From: Vibrio vulnificus CMCP6
GTDB lineage: Bacteria > Pseudomonadota > Gammaproteobacteria > Enterobacterales > Vibrionaceae
NCBI RefSeq assembly: GCF_000039765.1
Contig: NC_004459.3
Location: forward strand, 1,080,001 to 1,112,000
Length of the DNA: 32,000 nt
Direction of reading: 5' to 3'
In this document: positions 1 to 9,523 of the stretch, piece after piece
Position numbering within the stretch: the stretch's first letter is position 1
Layout: the number at the start of each line of letters is the position of its first letter
Translations under genes and position numbers: made by a program
The notes under the pieces: generated by a model
The model's input: the letters and a program-made list of their open reading frames with translations, nothing else
Databases searched by the model: none
Told to the model about the DNA's origin: nothing

Positions 1-190
1 TTTTGCCTTGAAATTAACCGATTGCTGGCTGTTAAACTTTAATTGTTGCTTTTTTGTGTGTTTTTTGCCAAATTGTGTTCCGACCTGATTTTTAGAGTAA
101 TATTCTGCAATCAGAAGGGATTCATTGGTTTGTTGAATGATCATCGTGTTTGATTATTCAGCACCACAGACAAGGCAGTAGAGGTCTGAA

Positions 191-1906
191 ATGTCACTAT
201 TAGAAGTGAAAAATCTTCGTATCGAGTATCCATCGCGGCATGGTATTCATGCGGCGGTGAAATCGTTGTCGTTTAATATTGAACGAGGCGAAATTGTTGG
301 CGTCGTCGGTGAGTCGGGTGCGGGCAAGTCAACCGTAGGTAATGCGGTGAGCGATTTGTTGAGCCCTCCTGGTCGTATTGCCAGCGGTGATGTGTTCCTT
401 GATGGCGAAAAAATTTCAGGCCTTTCTCCAGAAGCAATGCGCAAAGTGCGTGGCTCTAAAATTGGTTTTATCTTCCAAGATCCCATGACCTCGCTCAATC
501 CTCTCTTTACTGTTGAACAGCAGTTAAAAGAAACCATTCACGCCAATATGAATGTCTCTGACGAAGAGGCTTACACGCGCGCATTGTCATTAATGAAGCA
601 GGTGGGCATCCCTCAACCTGAAAACCGCTTAAAGCAGTATCCTCACCAGTTTTCTGGCGGTATGCGTCAGCGTGTAGTCATTGCGATTGCCCTAGCGGGC
701 GAGCCGGATTTGATCATTGCCGATGAACCCACCACGGCACTCGATGTGTCGATTCAAGACCAAATCCTCAACCTGATCCGTGAGTTATGTATTAAGCATA
801 ACGTGGGTTGCATGTTGGTCACGCACGACATGGGCGTGGTATCGAACGTGACTGACCGTGTTGCTGTTATGTACCGAGGTGACTTGGTTGAATTTGGTCC
901 AACGGCCAAAGTGTTGGGCAACCCAGATCATCCTTATACGCGCAGCTTGATTTCAGCGGTACCACGTTCGGATAGGAAGCTTGATCGCTTCCCTCTGGTC
1001 AGCTACATCGAAGAAGCGAGTGAATTGCAGCCTCTTGATATTAAAAATCACTGGCTGGGTCAGAGTGAAGATCAGAGAAAATACACCGGACCACTGCTTA
1101 ATGTGGAAAATGTTAACTTGCGTTTCGTCACTAAGGACTCGCTGTTTGAGAGCCGTCGTGAGTATGTGCAGGCATCAAATAACGTTAGCTTCCAAGTGCA
1201 TGAAGGGGAAACCTTTGGCTTGGTGGGGGAATCGGGTTCGGGTAAATCCACTATTGCACGAGTCATTGCCGGGCTGTATGCGCCTAACTCAGGTAAGGTG
1301 ACGTTTGAAGGTATTGACCTTACCGCATTGACCTCAGAAAAAGCGCGCCGTCCTTTGCGTCGCCAAATGCAGATGGTCTTCCAAAATCCATACACTTCGA
1401 TGAACCCGCGCATGAAGATTTTCGATATCATCGCGGAGCCCATTCGTTTCCATAAGTTGACCAACAGTGAAGCGGAAACGCGCCAAATCGTGAACGATCT
1501 CTTGGAGCACGTTGGCTTAGGGCGAATGGCTGGGGTGAAATATCCACATGAATTTTCGGGTGGCCAGCGTCAGCGTATTTCGATTGCGCGCGCATTGGCG
1601 ACTCGTCCACGTCTTTTAATTTGTGATGAGCCCACCTCGGCACTGGATGTCTCGGTTCAAGCACAGATTCTGAATTTGCTCAAAGATCTACAAAGCGAAC
1701 TGAACTTAACCATGCTGTTTATCAGTCATGACCTTCCGGTTATCCGCCAAATGTGTGACCGAGTCGGTGTGATGCAGATGGGGACTCTGCTCGAAGTCGC
1801 ACCGACTGAGCAACTGTTCCGCTCTCCACAGCATGAGTACAGTAAGCACCTGATTTCCTTGATGCCAGAGTTCACTGGTTTGAGGGAAGAGGTGAAAACG
1901 GCATAA
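191..1906 (+). CDS. ABC transporter ATP-binding protein with two fused ATPase cassettes (Dpp/Opp/Gsi peptide-importer family, GsiA-like)
   Basis: Two complete ABC cassettes are present. Walker A is GESGAGKST and GESGSGKST. The signature is FSGGMRQR and FSGGQRQR. Walker B is IIADEPTTALD and LICDEPTSALD. A GAGGT Shine-Dalgarno sits upstream of ATG 191. Confidence 0.95.
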   Translation: MSLLEVKNLRIEYPSRHGIHAAVKSLSFNIERGEIVGVVGESGAGKSTVGNAVSDLLSPPGRIASGDVFLDGEKISGLSPEAMRKVRGSKIGFIFQDPMTSLNPLFTVEQQLKETIHANMNVSDEEAYTRALSLMKQVGIPQPENRLKQYPHQFSGGMRQRVVIAIALAGEPDLIIADEPTTALDVSIQDQILNLIRELCIKHNVGCMLVTHDMGVVSNVTDRVAVMYRGDLVEFGPTAKVLGNPDHPYTRSLISAVPRSDRKLDRFPLVSYIEEASELQPLDIKNHWLGQSEDQRKYTGPLLNVENVNLRFVTKDSLFESRREYVQASNNVSFQVHEGETFGLVGESGSGKSTIARVIAGLYAPNSGKVTFEGIDLTALTSEKARRPLRRQMQMVFQNPYTSMNPRMKIFDIIAEPIRFHKLTNSEAETRQIVNDLLEHVGLGRMAGVKYPHEFSGGQRQRISIARALATRPRLLICDEPTSALDVSVQAQILNLLKDLQSELNLTMLFISHDLPVIRQMCDRVGVMQMGTLLEVAPTEQLFRSPQHEYSKHLISLMPEFTGLREEVKTA

Positions 1907-1981
1907 CCAAGCTTGCTTGGCACAATAACAGACGCAAATACAACAACTAGGGATTCGGATTCCCGCATAAGGAGTTATGCA

Positions 1982-3538
1982 ATGAAAACCATGAAAAGCA
2001 AACTGACCGTGGCTTTAATGGCTGCAGGCCTAAGCCTGAGTGCTGCTGCGGCAGACATCAAAGTTGCTTATGATGCAGATCCAGTGTCACTTGACCCGCA
2101 CGAGCAGTTGTCTGGTGGTACGCTACAAATGTCGCACATGGTGTTTGATCCACTAGTTCGTTATACCCAGAAATTGGATTTTGAACCTCGCTTGGCTGAA
2201 AAATGGGAACGTGTCAACGACACCACCTACCGCTTCCAGCTGCGTAAAGGGGTGAAGTTCCATTCCGGTAACGAACTGACGGCAGATGATGTCGTGTGGA
2301 CATTCGATCGTCTGAAAGATTCTCCAGACTTTAAAGCGATCTTTGAACCGTATGAAAAAATGGTCAAAGTGGACGATTACACCGTTGAGTTGGTGTCCAA
2401 AGGGGCTTACCCATTGGTACTGCAAACCGCCACTTACATCTTCCCAATGGACAGCAAGTTCTACTCTGGCACGACAGCCGATGGCAAAGACAAAGCGGAA
2501 GTGGTGAAGCACGGTAACTCATTTGCTTCGACCAATGTATCTGGTACTGGCCCGTTCATCGTCACTTCTCGTGAGCAAGGCGTGAAAGTAGAGTTTGAGC
2601 GCTTTAAAGATTACTGGGACAAAGAGTCAAAAGGTAACGTAGATAAGCTGACGCTTGTGCCAATCAAAGAAGACGCGACTCGTGTGGCTGCGCTCCTTTC
2701 TGGTGGTGTTGACATGATTGCGCCAGTGGCGCCTAACGATCACCAACGTGTGAAAGATGCGAAGGGCATCGAGCTTGTGACGCTGCCTGGTACGCGTATC
2801 ATCACTTTCCAAATGAACCAAAACAGCAACGAAGCGCTGAAAGATGTGCGCGTGCGTCAAGCGATCGTTCATGCCATCAACAATCAAGGTATCGTTGATA
2901 AGATCATGAAAGGTTTCGCGACAGCGGCTGGCCAGCAGGGCCCTGAAGGCTACGCGGGCTACAACGCGGAGCTGGTTCCTCGTTTCGATCTGAAAAAAGC
3001 GAAGCAGTTGATGAAAGAAGCGGGTTATGAGAAAGGCTTTACGCTGACGATGATCGCGCCGAACAACCGTTACGTTAACGATGCGAAAGTGGCTCAAGCG
3101 GCGTCTGCCATGCTATCGAAAATCGGTATCAAGGTAGACCTAAAGACCATGCCTAAAGCGCAATACTGGCCTGAGTTTGATAAGTGTGCAGCAGACATGT
3201 TGATGATCGGCTGGCACTCAGACACAGAAGATTCGGCGAACTTCTCTGAGTTCCTCACCATGACGCGTAACGAAGAAACGGGCCGTGGTCAGTACAACTG
3301 TGGTCACTACTCAAACCCAGAAGTGGACAAGTTGGTGGAAGCGGCGAACGTAGAAACCGATCCTGCTAAACGTGCAGCGATGCTACAGAAAGTCGAAACC
3401 ACGCTGTACAACGAAGCAGCATTCGTTCCTCTACACTGGCAAAACCTAGCGTGGGGCGCGAAATCTACGCTGGATATCAAACCAATCGTCAACGCGATGG
3501 ACTTCCCATACTTTGGTGACTTGGTAGTTAAAGAGTAA
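1982..3538 (+). CDS. ABC transporter periplasmic substrate-binding protein, family 5 (DppA/OppA/GsiB-like)
   Basis: An AAGGAG SD lies about 6 nt before ATG 1982. The signal peptide is MKTMKSKLTVALMAAGLSLSAAAA|D. Length and sequence are typical of peptide/nickel family-5 SBPs. The ORF-track start at 1913 would add 23 residues ahead of the signal peptide and was rejected. Confidence 0.9.
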   Translation: MKTMKSKLTVALMAAGLSLSAAAADIKVAYDADPVSLDPHEQLSGGTLQMSHMVFDPLVRYTQKLDFEPRLAEKWERVNDTTYRFQLRKGVKFHSGNELTADDVVWTFDRLKDSPDFKAIFEPYEKMVKVDDYTVELVSKGAYPLVLQTATYIFPMDSKFYSGTTADGKDKAEVVKHGNSFASTNVSGTGPFIVTSREQGVKVEFERFKDYWDKESKGNVDKLTLVPIKEDATRVAALLSGGVDMIAPVAPNDHQRVKDAKGIELVTLPGTRIITFQMNQNSNEALKDVRVRQAIVHAINNQGIVDKIMKGFATAAGQQGPEGYAGYNAELVPRFDLKKAKQLMKEAGYEKGFTLTMIAPNNRYVNDAKVAQAASAMLSKIGIKVDLKTMPKAQYWPEFDKCAADMLMIGWHSDTEDSANFSEFLTMTRNEETGRGQYNCGHYSNPEVDKLVEAANVETDPAKRAAMLQKVETTLYNEAAFVPLHWQNLAWGAKSTLDIKPIVNAMDFPYFGDLVVKE

Positions 3539-3549
3539 CACTCGCTTTC

Positions 3550-3623
3550 TCCCACTCAAGCGTTGGGTGGGATGAGTGATTTTAGGCGCTCAACTTTGTT
3601 TCAGTCGGGTTGAGCGCCGTTTT
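3550..3623 (+). promoter_or_regulatory. Two intra-operon stem-loops between the binding-protein and permease genes (mRNA stabiliser or partial terminator)
   Basis: Hairpin 1 (3550-3572) is TCCCACTCAA-GCG-TTGGGTGGGA with one G.U pair. Hairpin 2 (3585-3618) has perfect 10-bp arms GGCGCTCAAC / GTTGAGCGCC, a 14-nt loop, and is followed by GTTTTC. Confidence 0.5.
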
Positions 3624-3689
3624 CAGACTGAAGTTTATATGGCCGTGATAGCGAACGGGCATAGTCATGGATAGCAAAAGGGGCAAGGA

Positions 3690-4667
3690 ATGTTTTCGTT
3701 TCTGGTCAAGCGCCTGTTTCAGGCACTGATAGTGATGTTTGTGATCAGTTTAGTGGCGTTTGCCATTCAGGATAACCTAGGCGACCCGTTGCGTGAGCTA
3801 GTGGGCCAGTCAGTTTCAGAAGCAGAGCGCCAAGCGCTGCGAGATGAACTTGGTCTAAACGATCCCTTTATCACCAAATACACACGCTTTATCGGCGCTG
3901 CATTGCAGGGCGATTTAGGCACTTCATACTTTTTTAAACGTCCTGCGGTGGATGTGATTCTTGATAAACTCGTTGCCACTCTAGAGTTGGTGTTTGGCGC
4001 GACCGTATTAATCATCGTCTTTTCGATCCCGCTTGGGGTTTATTCCGCGATTCATCCGAAGAGTTTCTTTACCAAAGTGGTCATGGCAGGCAGTAGTATC
4101 GGTATTTCGATCCCCGTTTTCTTAACCGCGATCATGCTGATGTACGTCTTCTCGATTGAGCTGCAATGGCTGCCATCCTATGGGCGAGGGGAAACGTATA
4201 ACCTACTCGGTTGGGAATCGGGCTTTTTTACTATTGATGGCTTAAAGCACTTAGTGCTGCCTTGTATCGCGTTGGCGTCGATCATGCTGCCACTGTTTAT
4301 TCGTCTGGTGCGTTCAGAAATGCTGGAAGTGCTGAGTTCGGAATACATCAAATTTGCCAAGGCGAAAGGTCTCGCGCTGAACAAAATTTATTACCAACAT
4401 GCGCTCAAAAATACCATGCTGCCAGTGTTAACCGTTGGTGGCGTGCAGATTGGTACCATGGTGGCGTACACCATTTTGACTGAAACCGTGTTCCAATGGC
4501 CGGGAACAGGCTTCCTTTTCCTTGAGGCGATCAACCGCGTGGATACCCCACTGATCACCGCTTACGTCATTTTTGTCGGACTGATTTTCGTGGTGACCAA
4601 CACCATCGTTGACCTGCTGTATGGTTTAATCAACCCGACCGTGAACTTAACAGGCAAAGGAGCATAA
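3690..4667 (+). CDS. ABC transporter permease (DppB/OppB/GsiC-like)
   Basis: The protein is multi-TM. The binding-protein-dependent transport motif region YIKFAKAKGLALNKIYYQHALKN is present. It ends 2 nt before the next gene. Confidence 0.9.
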   Translation: MFSFLVKRLFQALIVMFVISLVAFAIQDNLGDPLRELVGQSVSEAERQALRDELGLNDPFITKYTRFIGAALQGDLGTSYFFKRPAVDVILDKLVATLELVFGATVLIIVFSIPLGVYSAIHPKSFFTKVVMAGSSIGISIPVFLTAIMLMYVFSIELQWLPSYGRGETYNLLGWESGFFTIDGLKHLVLPCIALASIMLPLFIRLVRSEMLEVLSSEYIKFAKAKGLALNKIYYQHALKNTMLPVLTVGGVQIGTMVAYTILTETVFQWPGTGFLFLEAINRVDTPLITAYVIFVGLIFVVTNTIVDLLYGLINPTVNLTGKGA

Positions 4668-4669
4668 TC

Positions 4670-5608
4670 ATGGAACACGTTAATAAAGCTCCTTCTGTAT
4701 GGGGACGCTTTAAAGAATCGGATTTTCTTTACTATTTTAAACGCGACAAAGTGGCGATGAGCAGCTTCGCAGTGTTCATGCTGTTTTTGCTGTTGGCGAT
4801 TGCCGCGCCGTTAATCGCGCCGAGCAACCCATATGATCTCTCATCGATTGACATTATGGACGCGGAGCTGCCGCCATCTTGGATGGAAGGTGGTGATGAA
4901 AACTTCGTGCTGGGCACCGATGAGCAAGGTCGCGATATTCTTTCCACCATCTTATATGGTTCGCGTCTGTCGCTCACCATTGGCTTCTTGGCGGTGGCGC
5001 TGCAGCTGTTTTTGGGCATCGTGATTGGCCTGTCGGCGGGTTACTTTGGTGGCCGTATTGACAACTTCTTGATGCGTTTTGCGGATGTTCAGCTCTCCTT
5101 CTCGACCATGATGGTGGCGATTATTGTCTCGGCGATTTTTAAAGCCAGTTTCGGCAGTGATTTCTACAGCCAATATGCGGTGGTGATGCTGGTGGTGATC
5201 ATCGGTGTGGCGGAATGGCCACAATACGCACGTACGATTCGCGCCTCGGTATTGGCGGAGAAGAAGAAAGAGTACGTTGAAGCGGCACGTGTGATGGGCT
5301 TTAAAGCACCGCGCATCATGTTCCGTCATATTCTGCCGAACTGTTTATCACCGATTTTGGTTATCTCAACCGTGCAAGTCGCCAACGCGATCATGTCGGA
5401 AGCGGCGCTCTCGTTCTTAGGGCTGGGTTTGCCCGTTGACCAACCGTCATTGGGCGCATTGATCAGCATTGGTTTTAACTACATCTTCTCCGGCGCTTGG
5501 TGGATCACCGCCTTCCCTGGCATTGTGCTGGTGACGCTGGTGTTAGTGATCAACCTATTGGGTGACTGGTTACGTGACGTATTTAACCCAAAAATCTACA
5601 AAGGGTGA
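4670..5608 (+). CDS. ABC transporter permease (DppC/OppC/GsiD-like)
   Basis: An AAGGAG SD lies upstream. The protein is multi-TM and carries the motif YVEAARVMGFKAPRIMFRHILPN typical of DppC-type permeases. Confidence 0.9.
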   Translation: MEHVNKAPSVWGRFKESDFLYYFKRDKVAMSSFAVFMLFLLLAIAAPLIAPSNPYDLSSIDIMDAELPPSWMEGGDENFVLGTDEQGRDILSTILYGSRLSLTIGFLAVALQLFLGIVIGLSAGYFGGRIDNFLMRFADVQLSFSTMMVAIIVSAIFKASFGSDFYSQYAVVMLVVIIGVAEWPQYARTIRASVLAEKKKEYVEAARVMGFKAPRIMFRHILPNCLSPILVISTVQVANAIMSEAALSFLGLGLPVDQPSLGALISIGFNYIFSGAWWITAFPGIVLVTLVLVINLLGDWLRDVFNPKIYKG

Positions 5609-5650
5609 TCTGAGCTGATTGATTTATAATCGGAAAACTACCTAAACTAA

Positions 5651-5680
5651 GAGTCGTAAGCCAATTACGGCTCTTTTTTT
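5651..5680 (+). terminator. Rho-independent terminator of the ABC operon
   Basis: The stem is GAGTCGTAA-GCCAA-TTACGGCTC (9 bp, one G.U), followed by TTTTTTT. Confidence 0.75.
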
Positions 5681-5794
5681 GCTTGTCATTTTTTATTCAC
5701 CAGGACGCGGCAAATTTTTGGCCTTACAACGTGTTGTAGGCAGCAGTCTGAGCGTCACTGAACAATTCATTGATGAAACGGGTAGAGTGAAGTT

Positions 5795-6739
5795 ATGGAA
5801 CTAAGCAAATCGGCACGCTTGCCGATCTTCAAACCTCAACGATTGTGGCTGATGGCGGCATTGTGCTTTTTGGGTGTTGCTACTCCTGCAGCGGCGGAAG
5901 GCTTTCTATGTGAAGCCACACAGGCAAGCACCAACGAATTACCCATGTTAGATAAAGCCTGCCCGATTGGTGATGGTGTTTGGGGTAAAAAAGCGCCCAA
6001 AAGCGGCAAAGAGGATTTCTTTTGGATTCAATGCGGTATTTTAAATCAGCCAATGCCACTGGCCGACGCCAAACCGCTTTACAAGCAGATCACCACCGAT
6101 GTATGGATGAAACCAGAAAATAAAACCTATCGTTGTTTGATTGGCCCGTATCAATCTTTTTCCCAAGCCAGCAAAGATCTTAAACAGGTCAAAAAACTGG
6201 GCGATTACCGAGAGGCCTTTATTCGATTTGTTAAGCCACATTCTGCGGTAAAACCGGTAACAGCCAGCAAAGAGGCGAAGGCGATAACCAAGCCTACCGC
6301 CCAAAAAGCACAACCGAAAGCACCGGCTGCGGCCAAAAAGCCAATGGCAGCCCCTGCGCAGGCGACCTTGGCCACAACGCCAGCTAAGCGTAGTAACGAT
6401 GACTCTTCATCCATCGACATTCGTAAAAGTGCCGAGTTAAAAGGTCGTACTTATGCAGTGCCTTATTTGATGGATGATGAGCACCAGTTTTATATGGAAC
6501 ACAACCAAGCATGGAATCGCTTGGATTACAGCAGTGCGGAAGTGGTGTGCAGTGATCTGCACATGCGTTTGTTAACCGAAGAGGAATTTTTTACCCTGCT
6601 GGACTCCAAAGTGATGGAAAACCAGCAGTGGCCAATGCAGTTGCCTTATTGGGGAAGAGGAAAAAAAGGCTTCTTTACCGATGGCCGTGTGACGCAGGTA
6701 AAAGGCTCTTCATTGCTCAATGTGCTGTGTGTGAAGTAG
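5795..6739 (+). CDS. Secreted protein with a SPOR-like peptidoglycan-binding domain, a Pro/Ala/Lys-rich linker and a C-terminal lectin-like (DUF1566-like) region
   Basis: The signal peptide is LWLMAALCFLGVATPAAA|EG. The stretch FWIQCGIL...YRCLIGPYQSFSQASKDLKQVKKLGDYREAFIRFV resembles the SPOR consensus. The linker is KPTAQKAQPKAPAAAKKPMAAPAQ. The C-terminal WNRLDYSSAEVVCSDLHMRLLTEEEFFTLL resembles the DUF1566 W..A...C....WRLPT..EL..L pattern. Domain calls are by eye only. Confidence 0.6.
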   Translation: MELSKSARLPIFKPQRLWLMAALCFLGVATPAAAEGFLCEATQASTNELPMLDKACPIGDGVWGKKAPKSGKEDFFWIQCGILNQPMPLADAKPLYKQITTDVWMKPENKTYRCLIGPYQSFSQASKDLKQVKKLGDYREAFIRFVKPHSAVKPVTASKEAKAITKPTAQKAQPKAPAAAKKPMAAPAQATLATTPAKRSNDDSSSIDIRKSAELKGRTYAVPYLMDDEHQFYMEHNQAWNRLDYSSAEVVCSDLHMRLLTEEEFFTLLDSKVMENQQWPMQLPYWGRGKKGFFTDGRVTQVKGSSLLNVLCVK

Positions 6740-6750
6740 TTGGATGAAAT

Positions 6751-6783
6751 CAAAAACAAATAAGCCCCGCGATGCGGGGCTTA
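6751..6783. terminator. Bidirectional hairpin terminator between convergent genes (best fitted to the minus-strand lipoprotein gene)
   Basis: Perfect 10-bp arms TAAGCCCCGC / GCGGGGCTTA (6761-6783) flank a 3-nt loop. On the minus strand the hairpin is followed by TTTGTTTTTG. Confidence 0.75.
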
Positions 6784-6796
6784 CATTATGATGTCT

Positions 6797-9523
6797 CTAA
6801 TTCGTCATTAAAGGCATTGCTTTAACCAGTTTATCCATGGCTTCTTGGTTGTGGCTGAAGAGCGAGTATTGAGCTGGAGATTCATAACCATTGACTTCTT
6901 TACTCCATGTAATGCCGATGTAAAAGTCACCAAAGTCACGATGGACATATCGAACACGCGTCTTCTGATCTTCACGTTCTTCTTCTAGCTCTGCTCTTTC
7001 CAAGCCGGCCATGTCTTTAACGCTTTGCCATGTTCCTGGCGTGTTAAAGCCTTCTGGCAGAATCGAGTTGTCTTGATATTGGTTATTGGCTTGGTACTCT
7101 CGTTTGCCGTACGAGTAACTCAGTTTCGGGCCATCCAGTTCAGGGTGATGCTGACCATCGCCTTCCACCGACATGTAGTACTCGACTTTGCCTTCAGCGA
7201 TTTGTGTGTTCACTGCTAGGGTTTGGTCAAGTGGTGTTGATGCCGAATCGAGCCAGAACAGCTCCTGATTGTTGATTTTCACAATAATTTGATAGTGACC
7301 ATTGTTGCTGTTTTGGTACAGCATTTCGTAGTTCCAGTTAGTGTCAACTCCCTCATCACTGTGATGCGCTGTCAATGTGCCGTCATTATTGAGTGTTACT
7401 GGCCAGCAATCTTTATTGGTGCTTTCCAAATATCCAGAGACCTTGTTAAGCGCGCTAAGTGTGTTGATAGGATCTGGCGCACCGTTGGAATCACTGATGT
7501 TAGATTTGAAGACTTGATAACCTTCTCTTTCTTGATCGCCCCAGCACCATTCAAATGTACCGTTGGTATTGAGTAGTGAGGCGTAACCAATTTCTCCATC
7601 ACGATCGGCAAAGCTGCCCATAACCCATTGCTGATTGTTAAAGTGTTGCTTGGTAAATCCTAAAGAAACTGGAGGAGGAGTGTCAGCTGCTTTGACTTCA
7701 GGAAGTGCAATGCGCGTCATTTCTGAAATAACACCATCTTCCGCATCTGGGTAGATCCCAGCAGCAATATAAAACTCACCGTTGGTGCTTGCTTCTAGAG
7801 GCGTACCCGAGATGGTTAGAACACCCATGTTGTCAACTGCGACCTTAATACCCGCAACACTGGTATTGTGATCTTGATTTTCCCCTTTCATACCAGCGAA
7901 GTACTCAACAGGACCATGAGCGTTAACGGCTTTAAAAATATCATCCAGTGTGATGCTGATCTGCACGCTTGGCAGCGGTTCATTCACTTTTAGGTCAACA
8001 AGCTGTGATGTGATTTCGCTTTGTAGGTTTGCTAAGGCGTTTGTGTTCACTTCAAAACTTGCGATAGGTTTCGCATCCACCTGCTTTAACACAAAGCTCT
8101 TTGAAGTACGTTCAATACCATCGAATGCGCTAATGGTGATGGTTTCACCGGCGGGGTAAGTATTCGTTGGCGTTCCCGCAATTTTCAGTTCTTTAGTGCC
8201 GCCTACAGCGATGACCGACAGTTCTAGTTCCTTGATGGTTGAACTTGCATCAATGATAAGTTCATCACCATCCGCATCGGCGAACAGGTTGTCGATACGG
8301 TATTGTTCATTCGTCACCGCCACGCCTTGAGTCAGTTCGATACTACCAATCCAAGCTTGCAGGTCTTCGGCGATTTTAGGGACGATAGTTGGCGCGCTGT
8401 TTGGTGTTTCAACTGTCAGCGTAAAGAGGGTAGATACCTTACCGACAACTGCCGCTTCTGCATCGATATCTGTACCAGTGATTTGCAAAATATAGGATTG
8501 GCGGACAGGGGTGAGTTCACCTTTGATGGTCAGTGAGCCACCATTGTTAGCCGTGATGATTAGACCACTAACGGCTTGGTTGTCGATCGGGTCGATCACT
8601 TGCACGTCTAGTGCAATGTTGTTGTTGTCACTATCAGAGAACAATGCATCTTGGCCAACTGCCAGATCTAAAGTGAGATCCAAGCTATGTGACGTGCTTG
8701 GTGTGTTCAACTGCGCTCTGATGTTGTCGGCAACACTCTTATTCACTATTAGCTTGTTGTTGACGGTGACTTGCACATCCCCTGACGGAGTAACTTCAAC
8801 GGTTGGCTTAAAGTTTGGCTGGTCTAACTTATCTTGGTTTTCAGGTGCAGTAACAATTTTATTTGCTTCTTGAGCAATTTTTAGTGCGTTTTCAGCTGTG
8901 TAGTTAACGCCTGCATTGACTTTGGACTCTGTGAGAATCTGAGCAGTCTTATGCAATGCATGGTTTTTCGCGGCGATAACATCGGTAAACGCGATATTTC
9001 CTGTGATGCCAAGCGTCTCGTTAACTTCTGTTTTGGCTTCTTCAATTTTTTCTTTTGTTGGGTTTGCGCCTGCTTGAACGACAACAAGGTCTGTGAGAGG
9101 AGAAATGACTTTTTCACCCGGCAGGGTACGAAGAACCACTTCATGCGCCATCGCTTGAGTTGGATGATCCATATCGATGGTGTATTTGCCCGCATAAGTG
9201 TCGGCGTCATACTGGGTTAGAGCAGTTTGAACGGTGCCGCCCGGAGTGAGCGTTTGCAGTGCCAGCACACCTTGTGTTCCTGCAGGGATTGTTCGACGGC
9301 CTTCTTTATCCGTTAGACCGAAAATCGTATCGCTGCCGATATCGAGCTTGCCGTTGTTGTCTTTATCAAGAAACACTACTGCTTGATTAAAGTAACCGTC
9401 AAAGCCTGTCACGATAATGCCGCCAGGTGCGACGTTGCCATTAGAACCTGAACCACTGTCTGAACCGCCACAACCGGTGAGGGCGATCGCCACTGACGCT
9501 GCTAGTAAACTAACCTTTTTCAT
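6797..9523 (-). CDS. Large (908 aa) outer-membrane lipoprotein with cadherin-like/Ig-like repeats and an uncharacterised C-terminal domain
   Basis: The lipoprotein signal is MKKVSLLAASVAIALTG|C, with Gly at +2 (not Asp), so predicted OM sorting. A Gly/Ser linker follows. Cadherin-like calcium-site motifs are LFADADGDEL (nt 8258-8287) and a degenerate ALFSDSDNNN. This is the long single ORF; the antisense ORFs here are short. Confidence 0.85.
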   Translation of the reverse strand: MKKVSLLAASVAIALTGCGGSDSGSGSNGNVAPGGIIVTGFDGYFNQAVVFLDKDNNGKLDIGSDTIFGLTDKEGRRTIPAGTQGVLALQTLTPGGTVQTALTQYDADTYAGKYTIDMDHPTQAMAHEVVLRTLPGEKVISPLTDLVVVQAGANPTKEKIEEAKTEVNETLGITGNIAFTDVIAAKNHALHKTAQILTESKVNAGVNYTAENALKIAQEANKIVTAPENQDKLDQPNFKPTVEVTPSGDVQVTVNNKLIVNKSVADNIRAQLNTPSTSHSLDLTLDLAVGQDALFSDSDNNNIALDVQVIDPIDNQAVSGLIITANNGGSLTIKGELTPVRQSYILQITGTDIDAEAAVVGKVSTLFTLTVETPNSAPTIVPKIAEDLQAWIGSIELTQGVAVTNEQYRIDNLFADADGDELIIDASSTIKELELSVIAVGGTKELKIAGTPTNTYPAGETITISAFDGIERTSKSFVLKQVDAKPIASFEVNTNALANLQSEITSQLVDLKVNEPLPSVQISITLDDIFKAVNAHGPVEYFAGMKGENQDHNTSVAGIKVAVDNMGVLTISGTPLEASTNGEFYIAAGIYPDAEDGVISEMTRIALPEVKAADTPPPVSLGFTKQHFNNQQWVMGSFADRDGEIGYASLLNTNGTFEWCWGDQEREGYQVFKSNISDSNGAPDPINTLSALNKVSGYLESTNKDCWPVTLNNDGTLTAHHSDEGVDTNWNYEMLYQNSNNGHYQIIVKINNQELFWLDSASTPLDQTLAVNTQIAEGKVEYYMSVEGDGQHHPELDGPKLSYSYGKREYQANNQYQDNSILPEGFNTPGTWQSVKDMAGLERAELEEEREDQKTRVRYVHRDFGDFYIGITWSKEVNGYESPAQYSLFSHNQEAMDKLVKAMPLMTN

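Noticed and set aside
1913-1981. N-terminal extensions implied by ORF-track starts: 1913 for the SBP, 17566 for gntR, 21118 for gntP and 27458 for prlC.
   Set aside because: In each case a downstream ATG has a good SD and restores the expected N-terminus (signal peptide, or collinearity with E. coli GntR or PrlC). The extensions would also run through operator sites or bury a signal peptide.
6661-6667. An A7 homopolymer inside the SPOR-like gene, considered as a possible phase-variation tract.
   Set aside because: It is short, encodes Lys-Lys in frame near the C-terminus, and has no supporting evidence. Tracts of this length are common by chance.
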